Shown here: positions 1 through 11,400 of the stretch, in pieces
Numbering within the stretch: position 1 is the first letter of the stretch
How the letters are laid out: each line of letters opens with the position of its first letter
Source: Asterias rubens
Taxonomy: Eukaryota
Length of the DNA stretch: 64,000 nucleotides
Reading direction: 5' to 3'
NCBI RefSeq assembly: GCF_902459465.1
Contig: NC_047072.1
Span: 9,300,001-9,364,000 of the forward strand
Notes under the pieces: model-generated
Databases searched by the model: none
Seen by the model: only the letters and a program-made list of their open reading frames with translations
What the model was told of the DNA's origin: nothing
Position numbers and translations under genes: made by a program

Positions 1-192
1 CTCTAACTGTCCTGAATGCACTATATAATAACTATAGGCCTAGCCATTTTAGGCTTTTTATTGTAATATTTTTTTTTGTCTGAACTGAAGAACTGATCAG
101 TCAACTATTTTGTTTGCCTAGCTAAAGAGGTAATTTAAACTTAAAATAGTTAATCAAACAAAAAAAGAGAAAAGACCCACACTCCACTGAGG

Positions 193-338
193 TAGACCCA
201 GTAACTGGGGCGCTGTACTCCTTTTTTCGTACTTTGACATTCTCGGTCGAACTAGCAGTTCGACCGAGAAACTAGCAGTTCGACCGAGAATGTCAACATT
301 TCGAAAAAAGGAGTACAGCGCCCCAGTTACTGGGTCTA
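193..338. mobile_element. Foldback MITE with 9-bp target-site duplication (Mutator-like)
   Basis: Arms TAGACCCAGTAACTGGGGCGCTGTACTCCTTTTTTCG...TTCTCGGTCGAACT and their reverse complement. CCACTGAGG is repeated directly at 184-192 and 339-347. There is an internal 19-bp tandem duplication (ctagcagttcgaccgagaa). Confidence 0.7.
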
Positions 339-669
339 CCACTGAGGGTCCTCTCTCTATTATTGTATTAAGATCAAACAGTAAATACAATAATGGAATG
401 GCAGCGAAACGAAGACCTGTTTTGTCATTGTATTGATTTGTTAGATGGACTCATGTCATTCATGGGGAAGATTTTAATTAAAATTCCATTAGAATAGCAA
501 GGTATTTATGTTATTAATAATGATGGTTATAAATCTAACAAACATTATTGAGGAAGTAAACACTACGCAAAAATGAACAGACATTATTATTATTATACTA
601 TATTTTTAAACAAACAAATTGACAATAATGAACGAATAAACAATATCAAAGACAATAGCATTTTTTTAC

Positions 670-780
670 CATCTGCAAATGTAAATCTGCATTCAATTTT
701 GGGTTGATCTTTCCGAAGCCGTTGTAGACAAAGAAAAGTCCGAGAACTGTGGCGATAAACTTCATCGTATGCCTCGCCAT
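670..780 (-). CDS. TMEM35: TMEM35/NACHO-like (DoxX-type membrane protein), first coding exon; rest of gene left of the window
   Basis: Minus-strand ATG at 780 gives MARHTMKFIATVLGLFFVYNGFGKINPKLNADLHLQM, then a phase-0 GT donor. This matches the recalled TMEM35A N-terminus ([25 protein letters not shown]). It is a different frame from the 593..835 ORF in the track. Confidence 0.75.
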
Positions 781-1984
781 TTTCTCTCTTTATGTCGTGG
801 ATTATTTCAGAAAAATGCAGAACCAAAGAGAACAAAAATTGACGAAATTACCGGCTTGTTTTGCCGGCTGCTTCCGCGATGCTGCGAAACCTTTATTAGC
901 AGACAAGGGAAGTGTAAATAATAAATTATGACCTTTGACCCGCGAAACCATGTGCTTAAAGCTCGCTACACCCGTTCTCAGGGGTACGAAACAAAATGCC
1001 TTTAAAATATGCACGGTCTCGATGAGTTGATGCTTTTTGAGAACGATCGAATCACTCGACCGCCTGCAGCAGCGGCGTGTGTGTACAGTAGAAACAGGCT
1101 CATAAATTCCACCAATATTTCGATTAAAGAGAGCGTATTATTTGAGTGTTTTTAACAAGGCAGTATTTGTAAGTATTTTGCCTTTGGTATTGAAGTATAT
1201 TAAACAATGTTATAATTTAATTATGTTTATAATCGAGATTCAAATATGGTGACCAGTTTCCGGACTAACGTTAGAGATAGGCCATGCGTGCAGTGCACTA
1301 ATTTAGCGGCCCCTAATTTAGTGGATTCTACCTCCATGGTCAGACCAGACAACTCGTCCGTCGGGACATATTCGACCGTTCGGACAACCCGACGGTTCAG
1401 ACAATTCGAATTTAAAACAACTTGACGGATGGCAAAAAGCAAGACAAGTCGTCGGTTGACTTGATGAACGTTCGACCATCCGACCTCCATTTTTCTAATT
1501 TATGTATGATGAATATGAATCATGATGATCTGATGTCATGTATTGTTAGTCGTGACTGACACTGTGACAGTGAAACACACGAATGTACTGTGTAAATCCT
1601 GCATTTCTAGCAAATATTTTGTTCTCTTAGTCTTAGTCTTTGGCTGGATGCACGACCTGGAGAGTGGCACTCTGGCATTTACAATGTAGACAGATCTAGT
1701 TGCGATAACGTAACCCTCCTGCCGACGGCGAAGCCGGAGGGTTACGACCCATGCTCATAACAAACAGGGCGAAATGGTCTAGTCCACAGATTTGCTCAAT
1801 TTTTACCACTTTCAAAAATCATGACACAAATTCTAGGTACACAAACTTATTAAATCCTCAATGTCTAATGAAACACATTCAAAAACACAATTGAGAAAAT
1901 ATTTTGAAGAAAAGGGACAATAACTTACCAGATCCTGGAGCGAAACAGTCACAAATTTCCCAGGTTCTATTTTGAACCTGTTGC

Positions 1985-2070
1985 ATCGCCATTTTGTGAC
2001 TTCCTGATATGTTCAACGCTTTATTTTTTGGTCACCAAGTGCTGAACCGCAGGTATCAGCCAATTGGATT
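1985..2070. promoter_or_regulatory. Probable bidirectional core promoter
   Basis: YY1-like CGCCATTTT (1987-1995), ETS-like ACTTCC (1999-2004) and CCAAT (2060-2064). There is a plus-strand donor CAG|GTATCA at 2052/2053 with an acceptor at 2345, and a minus-strand donor G|GTAAGT at 1929/1928. Confidence 0.4.
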
Positions 2071-2428
2071 GACGAACTGCTGAGCCGCGGCCGAGTTGGA
2101 CTAAACCATTCTGTAAAAGGGTTGTTACAATGCAGTGCGTTTGCGCTATATGAGTGAACGGTGGGCATAGTAACCGGACAACTGAAACCATTGCGAAAAT
2201 AATCTGACACGAACCCTGCCCAGAAAACTTGTTTAACAAATTATATTGTTTTGCAGTTTGTGAGCAGTTGTCAACAGCTGCAATTCTATTTAATTGCTCA
2301 GCTACATCAATCATTATTAACAGTTCTCAATTTGTTCTTCTGCAGGAAGGCTCTAGAGTCCTGGCTACAGTGAACCGAATTACTCAATATTGAAAACCCA
2401 TTTTGTGGATGTCAACAAAAACCCAACT

Positions 2429-5400
2429 ATGGGGTTAACAAAGCAATACTTGCGCTATGCATCCAGCGCTACCTTTGGCATAGTAGGCACTCAGAAAGCT
2501 AATGTTTTATTTGTCGAGCTCCGTGGCATCAAGGGGAAGTATGTTGCTGCTGCAGCTTGTGAGCATGTCTTCATTTGGGATCTACGTAAATCTGAAAAGG
2601 TAAAGTAAAAGAAGATCAGAAAAGCCTGTTCATACTTCCTGTGAATTTTTGACGTCACATTGCTTTTTTCGCAGCGAATGTTTCGCAGGAGTCAAACACA
2701 GTTCAACTGTTGTGAATTATTCTCTGCAAGTTTGTGACGTCAACATTTGTTTTACAATCGAATTCGCAGGAAGTATCAACCGGACTTGAGGGCAAGTGGA
2801 TCTGATTATTGTTTCTTTTTGCAATGTTTTAAATGAGGGAATAAAAGGGTAGCGACAAGTTCTTAAACTGCCATTTAAAGCCCCGAGCTAAAAAGATGCA
2901 TAAAACCTGTTAATGATTGATGTCCGTATCTTGTAGATGATGGTTCTCCATGGAGACAAGTCCTCAGAAGTGTCAATCCTGGCCAAGAGTCCTCAAGCCC
3001 AGACCTTGGCTGTCGGCTACGCTGACGGAACGGTCAAGCTCTTCAGCCTTGCCACCGGTGAAATGACCGTCACCTTCAGCGGCCACAAATCGGCCGTAAC
3101 GGCTCTAGGTTTTGATAAGGATGGATTGAGACTAGCATCTGGTTCCAAAGTGAGTACTGGGTTTTTTCTTCTTTTGATCCAGAATGTTTTGCCGAATAGT
3201 CTGGTGTTTCAATTTGAAAGGTCTGAGCTCTTAACCTGTACCTGACCCGACCCATCCCATACAAAATCAAACAGCACATTTTGTTCATGGGCACATGGGG
3301 ACTCCTCAGCTAAAATGGGCAGAATGATTGGCTTGAAATTTGACACAGATAAAACATACATGTAAGTACCCAATTTCTTAAATCGGGTAAAAAGTTCAGC
3401 CCTGTATGCTTCATTTTTGAAAGGGCAAGGTCACCAAGGCATTTTCTTTTTGGTGGGCACCCTATGAGGAAATTGTAGTTTTCTACAGGAGCGTTTCTAG
3501 GGGATGAAGGCATTAAACGGGGAGCATGAAGGCCATCACCTTTGTTGCCTCTGTGAAGTGTCAGGACTGAAAGTTGTTTTACTTTCTCTGATCATTTTAT
3601 TTTTCTTCTTGCTGTGGCCGAATTTGCCCCCCTGTGATGTATTCCTAACTGTATAGTTTTGTTTGATTCTGTTGGACAGGCCTCTGCAATGGTAAATTCA
3701 TTAGGATTTACATGAGATCAGGCAAACCACTAGATTGAAAAACAATATTGTAGGCCTATGGTGTTGAAGTTTGTTACATTTTGTTGGCTGTAGGTTTGAG
3801 GATAAATGGCAGTAAATCATTCGAAGTATAAAGTGGTATAAAATAAATTTGTACATTCCATTGAAGCAGGCCCTAGCTTTAGAGTTTGGGCGGACTTTCC
3901 ATGAAGCAAATTTTTGTCTATTTCTTGTCGATGAATTTTAGGACACGGATGTCATTGTGTGGGATGTGGTGAATGAGAGTGGTCTGTATCGACTCAAAGG
4001 CCACAAAGGTGTCGTCACTCAGTGTCACTTCATGCAGAAACACAACATCCTCATTACAAGGTTGGTTAACGTTCAGTGGCTTGTCAAGGCACATCTTGTT
4101 ATTAGAGCACATGATTCTCAAACTGTGGTGTTTCTGATCAGCAGAGTGTGGGTTCGAGTCCTGGGCCCAGTTTTGTATGGCCCTGCTTATCGTAAGCAAA
4201 GAATCGGCACTTATGGAAGCAGGGAATTCCGTGCATACGTCAAGCATAAGGGTTACACACATGGGTTAGCAGGAAGTTTTTAGTAGAGCGCTGGCACATT
4301 CATCAGGAGTCGCAGATTGAAAACCTGCTGTAGTATAAGGAATTTTTTCTTTGATCAACCCCAAATTAATTGAAATTCACTGTGTTGGTTTCCCCTTGTA
4401 GTTAATTACTTGAGTTTTCATTGATTTGTGAATTGCTTTATTTCAGCTCTAAGGACACATTTGTCAAATTCTGGGATATCGACACTCAGCACTGCTTCAA
4501 GACCCTCATTGGACACAGGACAGAAGTAAGTTTGTCATTTTTTTTCTTCACAGTAACTCAAATGCTTGAAGTAGTATAATTGACAATTTTTGAAATATAT
4601 TATGGGGGAGATAATGCTCTACTCACAAGGGCCATCAACCCAAATCAACTATCACCAGGGACATTTTGTCACCTACTCCTGGTGCCCAAACAGGGTGAAC
4701 CCCTCCACAGTCCATGAGGAGTAGTCGTGGATCCATGAGGCGATTGGTTGGTAGAGCTGAATGCACTACCTTCTTAACTTTTACAAAGCAATTATGGTTG
4801 AGTGCCTTGCTCAAGGGCACAAGTGTCTTGACCGGTTATCGAACCAACACTCTGCTGCTGACAACACCAGAGCTTGGTTTCGGTGAACTAGACCGCTCAG
4901 CCAAGACATGCCACACCGTTAAAATGCTGGAAGAGCATTACCATGATCTGTTGTTTGACATCAGGTTTGTATAAACTCGATGTTGCTGTTTTGCAGGTGT
5001 GGGATTTTGTGATAATTGGAGATGACCATCGACTGGTGACAGGTGCAGGAGACAGTGAGCTGAGAGTCTGGGACATCGCATTTCAAGATGAGGTAAGAAA
5101 ATGGTGAAGTATTAGCTGCAGAACTTTGATGTGGTCACACCATACTTGTACATCAGACACGCGAATTTGTCAGGATTTCTCCTGATTTCAGGATTTTCTC
5201 TTGATTCTTCAAAATTGTTCCTGAAAGAAGTAAAGCAATCACCAAAGGGAAAACGGAATGGTAAAGAATAAGGGGGGAAACCCAACTAACAAGCCTTATA
5301 TTGACAGGAGTTTTCACATCAAACCTCATCCCTAGTAACCCATAGAACCTCCTTGAAATTTGTTTAAAATAAGTAAAGAAGTCACTAAAGGAGGATAGAA

Positions 5401-8400
5401 ATACACCACACTTTGTCCAAACCTGTTGTTTTGTGTTTCTGGTGACGCACAGAAACCTCCTGAATTGTAATATCTGAGAGGTTCCGGAAATCCTACTCTC
5501 TGATCTACATGTACATGTATTTTTTTTAGTGCTAAGGATATTGTTCCTAGATGCTCCCTGAAAACTTGTTATTTTGATTTCTTGCTAATAGACTGAAGAT
5601 GGGGCTGAGGTACCGGCCAAGAAGCCTAGACTGTCGACCATTATTGGTGATGATGAGGAGGAAGACATCGAAGACGATGATGACACAGTATGTAGACATT
5701 GTCCAAGAGTTTTTTGTTTTTGCTGATAGTTTGCTCTCCATGATCTGGTGGACAAATTTAATTTTCATTTTTGATTCTGGTTGTGAAGCCAAGGATACTG
5801 AAAATCCAACTAAGTCACTATACTAGACAAAAAACAAATGGAGAAAAGACAATGCATTGCATTGCATTGCATTGTATTGTATTGTATTGTATTGTATTGT
5901 GTTTTTTATATCTCTCTGATTGTTGTTCAAAATATCCCTGATTGCAAGATGAAAATGTTGACGGCTCTGTACTGACCATTTTCATTTATTTCTGCACAGA
6001 GTATACTGACTTGCCATTGTGTAGGATCCATCATGCGTAAAGGGAGTCAACGTGTGGTGTCTCTCTCCACTGACTGCACAGGAAGGGTGCTATCTTGTCA
6101 CGTAAGTTACATTTAAGTTTGTATTGGCTTGATACAAAAGCTTGTGCATGAGAAGAGCCCTGCGGACTTCGGATAGGACGTGAAGCTATTGGCCCTGTGT
6201 GTTGTTTAACTTATATCATAATTTGGGGCGCTAATCATCCTTACTCGCAGCTAAGAGCTGAAATGCGAAGGACGCGGCTACAACGAAGCAGGCATGCAAG
6301 GGCGCCTTTGGCTGCCAGCCACATCAACCCATTATGACCACGGAGCACAGCCAAAGATCGAAAGTGTTTGATTTTTCCCGAGGGAGGAAAACCGGATGGT
6401 CTGGAAAACCCTCATGGCACAGCAGAGAACCAACGCACAACTTAACTCACATACGGCCCTGCCCGGGAATCGAACAGGGGTCATTTTGGTGAGAGGGGAG
6501 CCCTTTACGCACAAGCCAACCATGCCACCCGCATAAAAGAACTCGGTGCACTTATCCGAAAAGAGAAGAGGTTCGCCCCGGTGTTCCTTGTTTGATTGGC
6601 AGCATATTACGCCACAGCACCTTGTAAACCATTACATGGTGCTATGTAAAAGGAGAAGGTCTCATAATTCAAAAACGTAGTCCCACATACCTTGCAGGAA
6701 AATGCTGAACGTTGAGCATCACTGAAGCTACTATTACTAATCAAAGACAAAAATTCCCCTTAATTCTCCAACAGGGGGCAGATCGTAGGTTAGAGGTTTT
6801 CCTTGTACTTACTGAGGATGAGCGTACAAAGCTGCTCAACAAAAAGCAAAGGAAAGCTAGAAAGAAAATCAGGTAAGAAAACACTCTGTAAACAACTAGT
6901 GGGAAGCACTGAAGGAATAAGCCTTCAACTTCAGTAGTTATTATATACCCAAGCCTACATCCGTATGGACTGTAAAAGGGGTAACCCTGTTTCAGCCCTA
7001 GGAAAAGTTGGCATAGACCTCTGGAAAAAAATAATTGTAGCCCACACCTTGAAGTGACCTTCAGGCCTTGTGTGTCTGGCGACTTGCAAAAAAAACAAAA
7101 AAAAAACTTAATCTTGGTTTGATGAGATTGATTAATATCAAGGGAATTAGAATCATTGGTTTTTAAAAACAAGCACATTAATTACAAACTACATTTTCTT
7201 AAGTCATCTGCGGGAAGATTGAATACTTGTGTGAAACTTTTTAATCCCTGTTTATGTGTTGTGTTTTCGTTTAGTCTTTGATACTCTGCTAGTGTCAAAA
7301 CAACAGGACACTTGCTATAATTTTGCATTAATAACATAGTTCTGTTTGGTTGGTACGCAATTTGCGACAGCCATTTTTATATTTTTAATATTTTTAATCC
7401 CAACGCTTGTAATATGACCTAATGATAGAATCAAATTTGTTGACGATCTTTTAGGGAGAAAGAAACTCAAGGTGAAGAAGAAGAGAAGATTCTTGAATCT
7501 TTGGCTGTCAAAGATGAAATCCAAACTTGCTGCATCTTGGAGGCTTCTAGTAAAATAAGGTAATGGTCAGTGCCTTGCTTACAGGAATATTACAGAACAG
7601 GTTCTTTTTATAAGCAGATGGTATATTCAATTTTCTGTTTTTGTGAAATTTTCGAATTTCACTGTTCAAATATCTGTTTTTTACAAGTGACAATAAAACA
7701 TTATTCTATTCTATTATTCTATTTCTGCTTAGCAGAAATGAGCAGGAAAGTAGTCACAAATTGTACTCTGACACGGTAATGTGGCTAGTAATCTTATTCT
7801 GGTAAGCATAATTTTATTGTGCGTGCTACTTTTTGTGCTGTAAAAGCAACTCTATGATATGGGGCCCTATAAATGAAATGAAATGAAACAATTTACAGGT
7901 CATTTGCTACCCTATTTCCTTGGCTTCACTCTAAGAATAAACCAAATTAAATGAAAGGAAATAAAATGAAATGAAATGAATCAATTCACAGGTCATTTGC
8001 TACCCTCTTTCCTTCGCTTCACACTAAGAATTAACAAAATTAAATGAAATAAAATGAAACAATTCACAGGTCATTTGCTACCCTCTTGGAGAACGACGGT
8101 GCATCAGTGAAGATGGTACTGCAGCTGTACAATAACTCCCTAGAGACCCATGTCATTCAGTCATTGGAGGGAAAGCGCTGGGCGGGGGAGAAGCAAGGTG
8201 CCGTCACCCTACCGGGTCATAGGTCAGATGTCAGGACAGTGACCTTCAGTGCGGACAACACCACTGTGCTGACTGGCTCCGGAGAGTCCATCAAAGTTTG
8301 GAACAGGTTTGTATTCTTTTGTCATTATAAAAACTCTACTACAGTATAAAGTTAGGATCCTGCCTGTCTCAGAAGTACTTATATCGCTGCCATAGCTGTC

Positions 8401-11400
8401 AAAGATTGTTTAAATACCTGGTCTCTTACCATTTTACACTACTGGGATGTTCTTATATTTTGCATTGAATTTATTCAATTCCTTTTTGCTTCCTTTCATT
8501 TTGTTGACCTACATTTTATCAGAGTAATAATAGTGGGATTTATTTTGTTAAAAAAAAAAAAATCAATCTTAATATTGTAAACATGTCATCTTGGTATTGC
8601 TCTGTGATGCTTCTGTGTTTTGTTTCAAATCCAAATAAATCAATCAATCAATCAATAATGATATTAATGAATGGAAGAGATAGTGTGAAAGGTGGTGCAT
8701 GGAACTATTTTGGAAGTCGCACGATACAATAACAGCATTTTGTTTTGTAGGGCCACCCAGCAGTGTATTCGCTCCATGAAGTCTGGTTATGCTTTGTGCT
8801 CTGCGTTTGTGACCGGGGAACGACACTGCCTGATCGGCACCAAGGTACGTCGATAATGAAACTCTGGCACATTGTGAGAAACATTGCGACATCCAAATTT
8901 TTACTCCCAAGTTCTTTCAGGTTTTGAGAATTCTGTATTTCTTTTTTTTCTGTGTTTCATTCAGACGGGCCATCTGGAACTTTTTGATATCGCAGCTGGG
9001 GTCATGCTTGAGAATGTTGAAGCACACGAGGGCGCTCTTTGGGCCATTGCTGTAGCTCCTGATAAGGTAAATCAAGCAAAGTAACTTGAGAGAAAGCTCC
9101 ATCAAAGAAAGAAGCCAGAATAACACACCCTTTTCCTTTAGCAACTCACACCTGATATCTCCTTGTAATTCCTTTTACAGACAGTGTATTTACTGGCGCA
9201 CAAACCAGTAGGGCTGCTGACTGCCCCAGGCAGATTAAGTGCCCATACTGTAGGTTTAATGACAAAAGTAATTCAATGATAACACCCACTAGGTGAAAAG
9301 GATGTATACTTTTTGAGTTTTTGTGGCCAAACTCGGAAGTTCTTTAATGGAGCTTTCCTGTCATGACCATTTGGTGTGTTGATTTTGGCTCATTTATTCT
9401 ATACATAATTATGTAGTATCTTGTGATTTTAATTGCCCTATTAATATTTTTCCATTTGACACATTTCATGTTTACACAGAGAGGTTTCGTGACCGGCAGC
9501 GCCGATAAAACCCTGAAATTCTGGGATTTTGAGCTCATTCCCGACCCTGACTCCAAAGAGTCTGGAAAACGTCTTACTGTGGTGCACAAGCGTACTCTGC
9601 AGATGTCTGATGACGTCCTATGTGTGAAATACTCACCTGATCAGAGGCTTCTTGCTGTAGCACTGCTGGATTCAACAGTCAAAGTCTTCTTTGCTGATAC
9701 TCTTAAGGTGTGTAGTTAACCTTTTAGACTTTTGTGTTTAGGTTTTGCAAAAGAAAAATCACATTTAACCTGCCTCGGACTTCGCACACGAATTTTTTAG
9801 AATGAAACAAACTTTAGTGGGGTAAAGTTGATAAACAGCGCATACTGATTGTTTGCATTAAAAAAAATTGCTTTGCATTCCCTATCAGGGTACCTCTCTT
9901 TCAATTATTTCATTAATGGCAGTGGACACTATTGGTAATTGTCAAAGACTAGCCTTCACAGTTGGTGTATCTCAACATATCCATAAAATAACAAACCTGT
10001 GAAAATTTGAGCTCAATCGGTCATCGAACTTGCGAGATAATAATGAAAGAAAAAACACCCTTGTCACACGAAGTTGTGTGCATTTAGATGGTTGATTTCG
10101 AGACCTCAAGTTCTAAACCTGAGGTCTCGAAGTCAAATTCGTGGAAAATTACTTCTTTCTCGAAAACTATGGCACTTCAGAGGGAGCCGTTTCTCACAAT
10201 GTTTTATTCCATCAATCTCTCCCCATTACTCGTCACCAAGAAAGGTTTTATGCTAATAAATATTTTGAGTAATTACCAATAGTTTCCACTGCCTTTAAAG
10301 AACATGTGGGTGCTCAATTTTACTATTGGGATTTCACCATTTTGTTATGTGCAGCGTGACAGTTACAGGTTACAAAGATATTTCCAAAATAGAGAAACTG
10401 CCACCCCAGAAGTTGATCTGGAAGTCCCAGGTTCAACTTTTGCTCAAATCCTTCTTTGTTCAACCCGTAATTAAATAAAATTAATCCAGTCAGTTTCTTT
10501 TAAAAACTTTATACCATATTTTTTTAGTGAAACAAAAAAAGTAATTAAAATGTGCCCAGTCAGTTTCTCCTGTGGCTTCTTACTTAAAGGCAGTGGACAC
10601 TATTGGTAATTACTCAAAATAATTATCATCATAAAACCTCATTTGGTAACCAGTAATGGGGAAAGGTTGATAGTATAAAACATTGTGAGAAACGGCTCCC
10701 TCTGAAGTGACGCAGTTTTTTGAGAAAGAAGTAGTTTTCCACGAATTTGATTTTGAGACCTCAAGTCTAGAATTTGAGGTCTCGAAATCAAGCATCTGAA
10801 AGCACACAACTTCGTGTGACAAGGGTGTTCTTTTCTTCCATAGTTATCTCGCAACTTCGACGACCAATCAAGCTAAAATTTTCACAGGTTTGTTATCTTA
10901 TGCATATGTTGAGATACAGCAAGTGAGAAGACTGGTCTTTGACAATTACCATTAGTGTCCAGACTCCATTGTCTTTAACAACACACACATTTCTTAGTGA
11001 AACAATTCTTATAACTTCCAATGTGGATTTTTGTTGTAGTTTTTCCTGGCCTTGTATGGACACAAGCTGCCTGTTCTAACCATGGACATCTCATCAGTGA
11101 GTACTTATTTCCATTGTTGCTAACTCTTTAAAAACAAATATTTCATTTCACTTTAAAGGATTTTGGTACTTTTTCAAAATGTCAATAGATTTACATGAAA
11201 CTTACAGGGTTTGAAGATAATGATAGTGGAAAGCTTCCCTTCAAATCTTACTTACTGAGGTGCTGTAGTTTTTTGAGAAATGAGTAAAACAATGTCATGA
11301 AAATACGTTTGTAAATGATTAAAATAATTTTCGTGACATTGTTTAACTCATTTCCCAAAAACTACAGCACCTCAGCTCGTAGTATTTTCAGGGAAGCTTT

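Noticed and set aside
593-835. 80-aa minus ORF in the track
   Set aside because: Wrong frame; the real coding exon (TMEM35-like, 780-670) is in another frame.
1227-1490. 87-aa minus ORF in the promoter region
   Set aside because: No recognisable motif or flanking splice signals; the sequence has short internal repeats and looks repeat-derived.
10074-10282. Recurrent similar ORFs (also 10610-10854, 25884-26132, 31267-31614, 32579-32854, 40885-41124, 49663-49905)
   Set aside because: All are translations of the same non-coding family A MITE, not a gene family; there are no transposase motifs.
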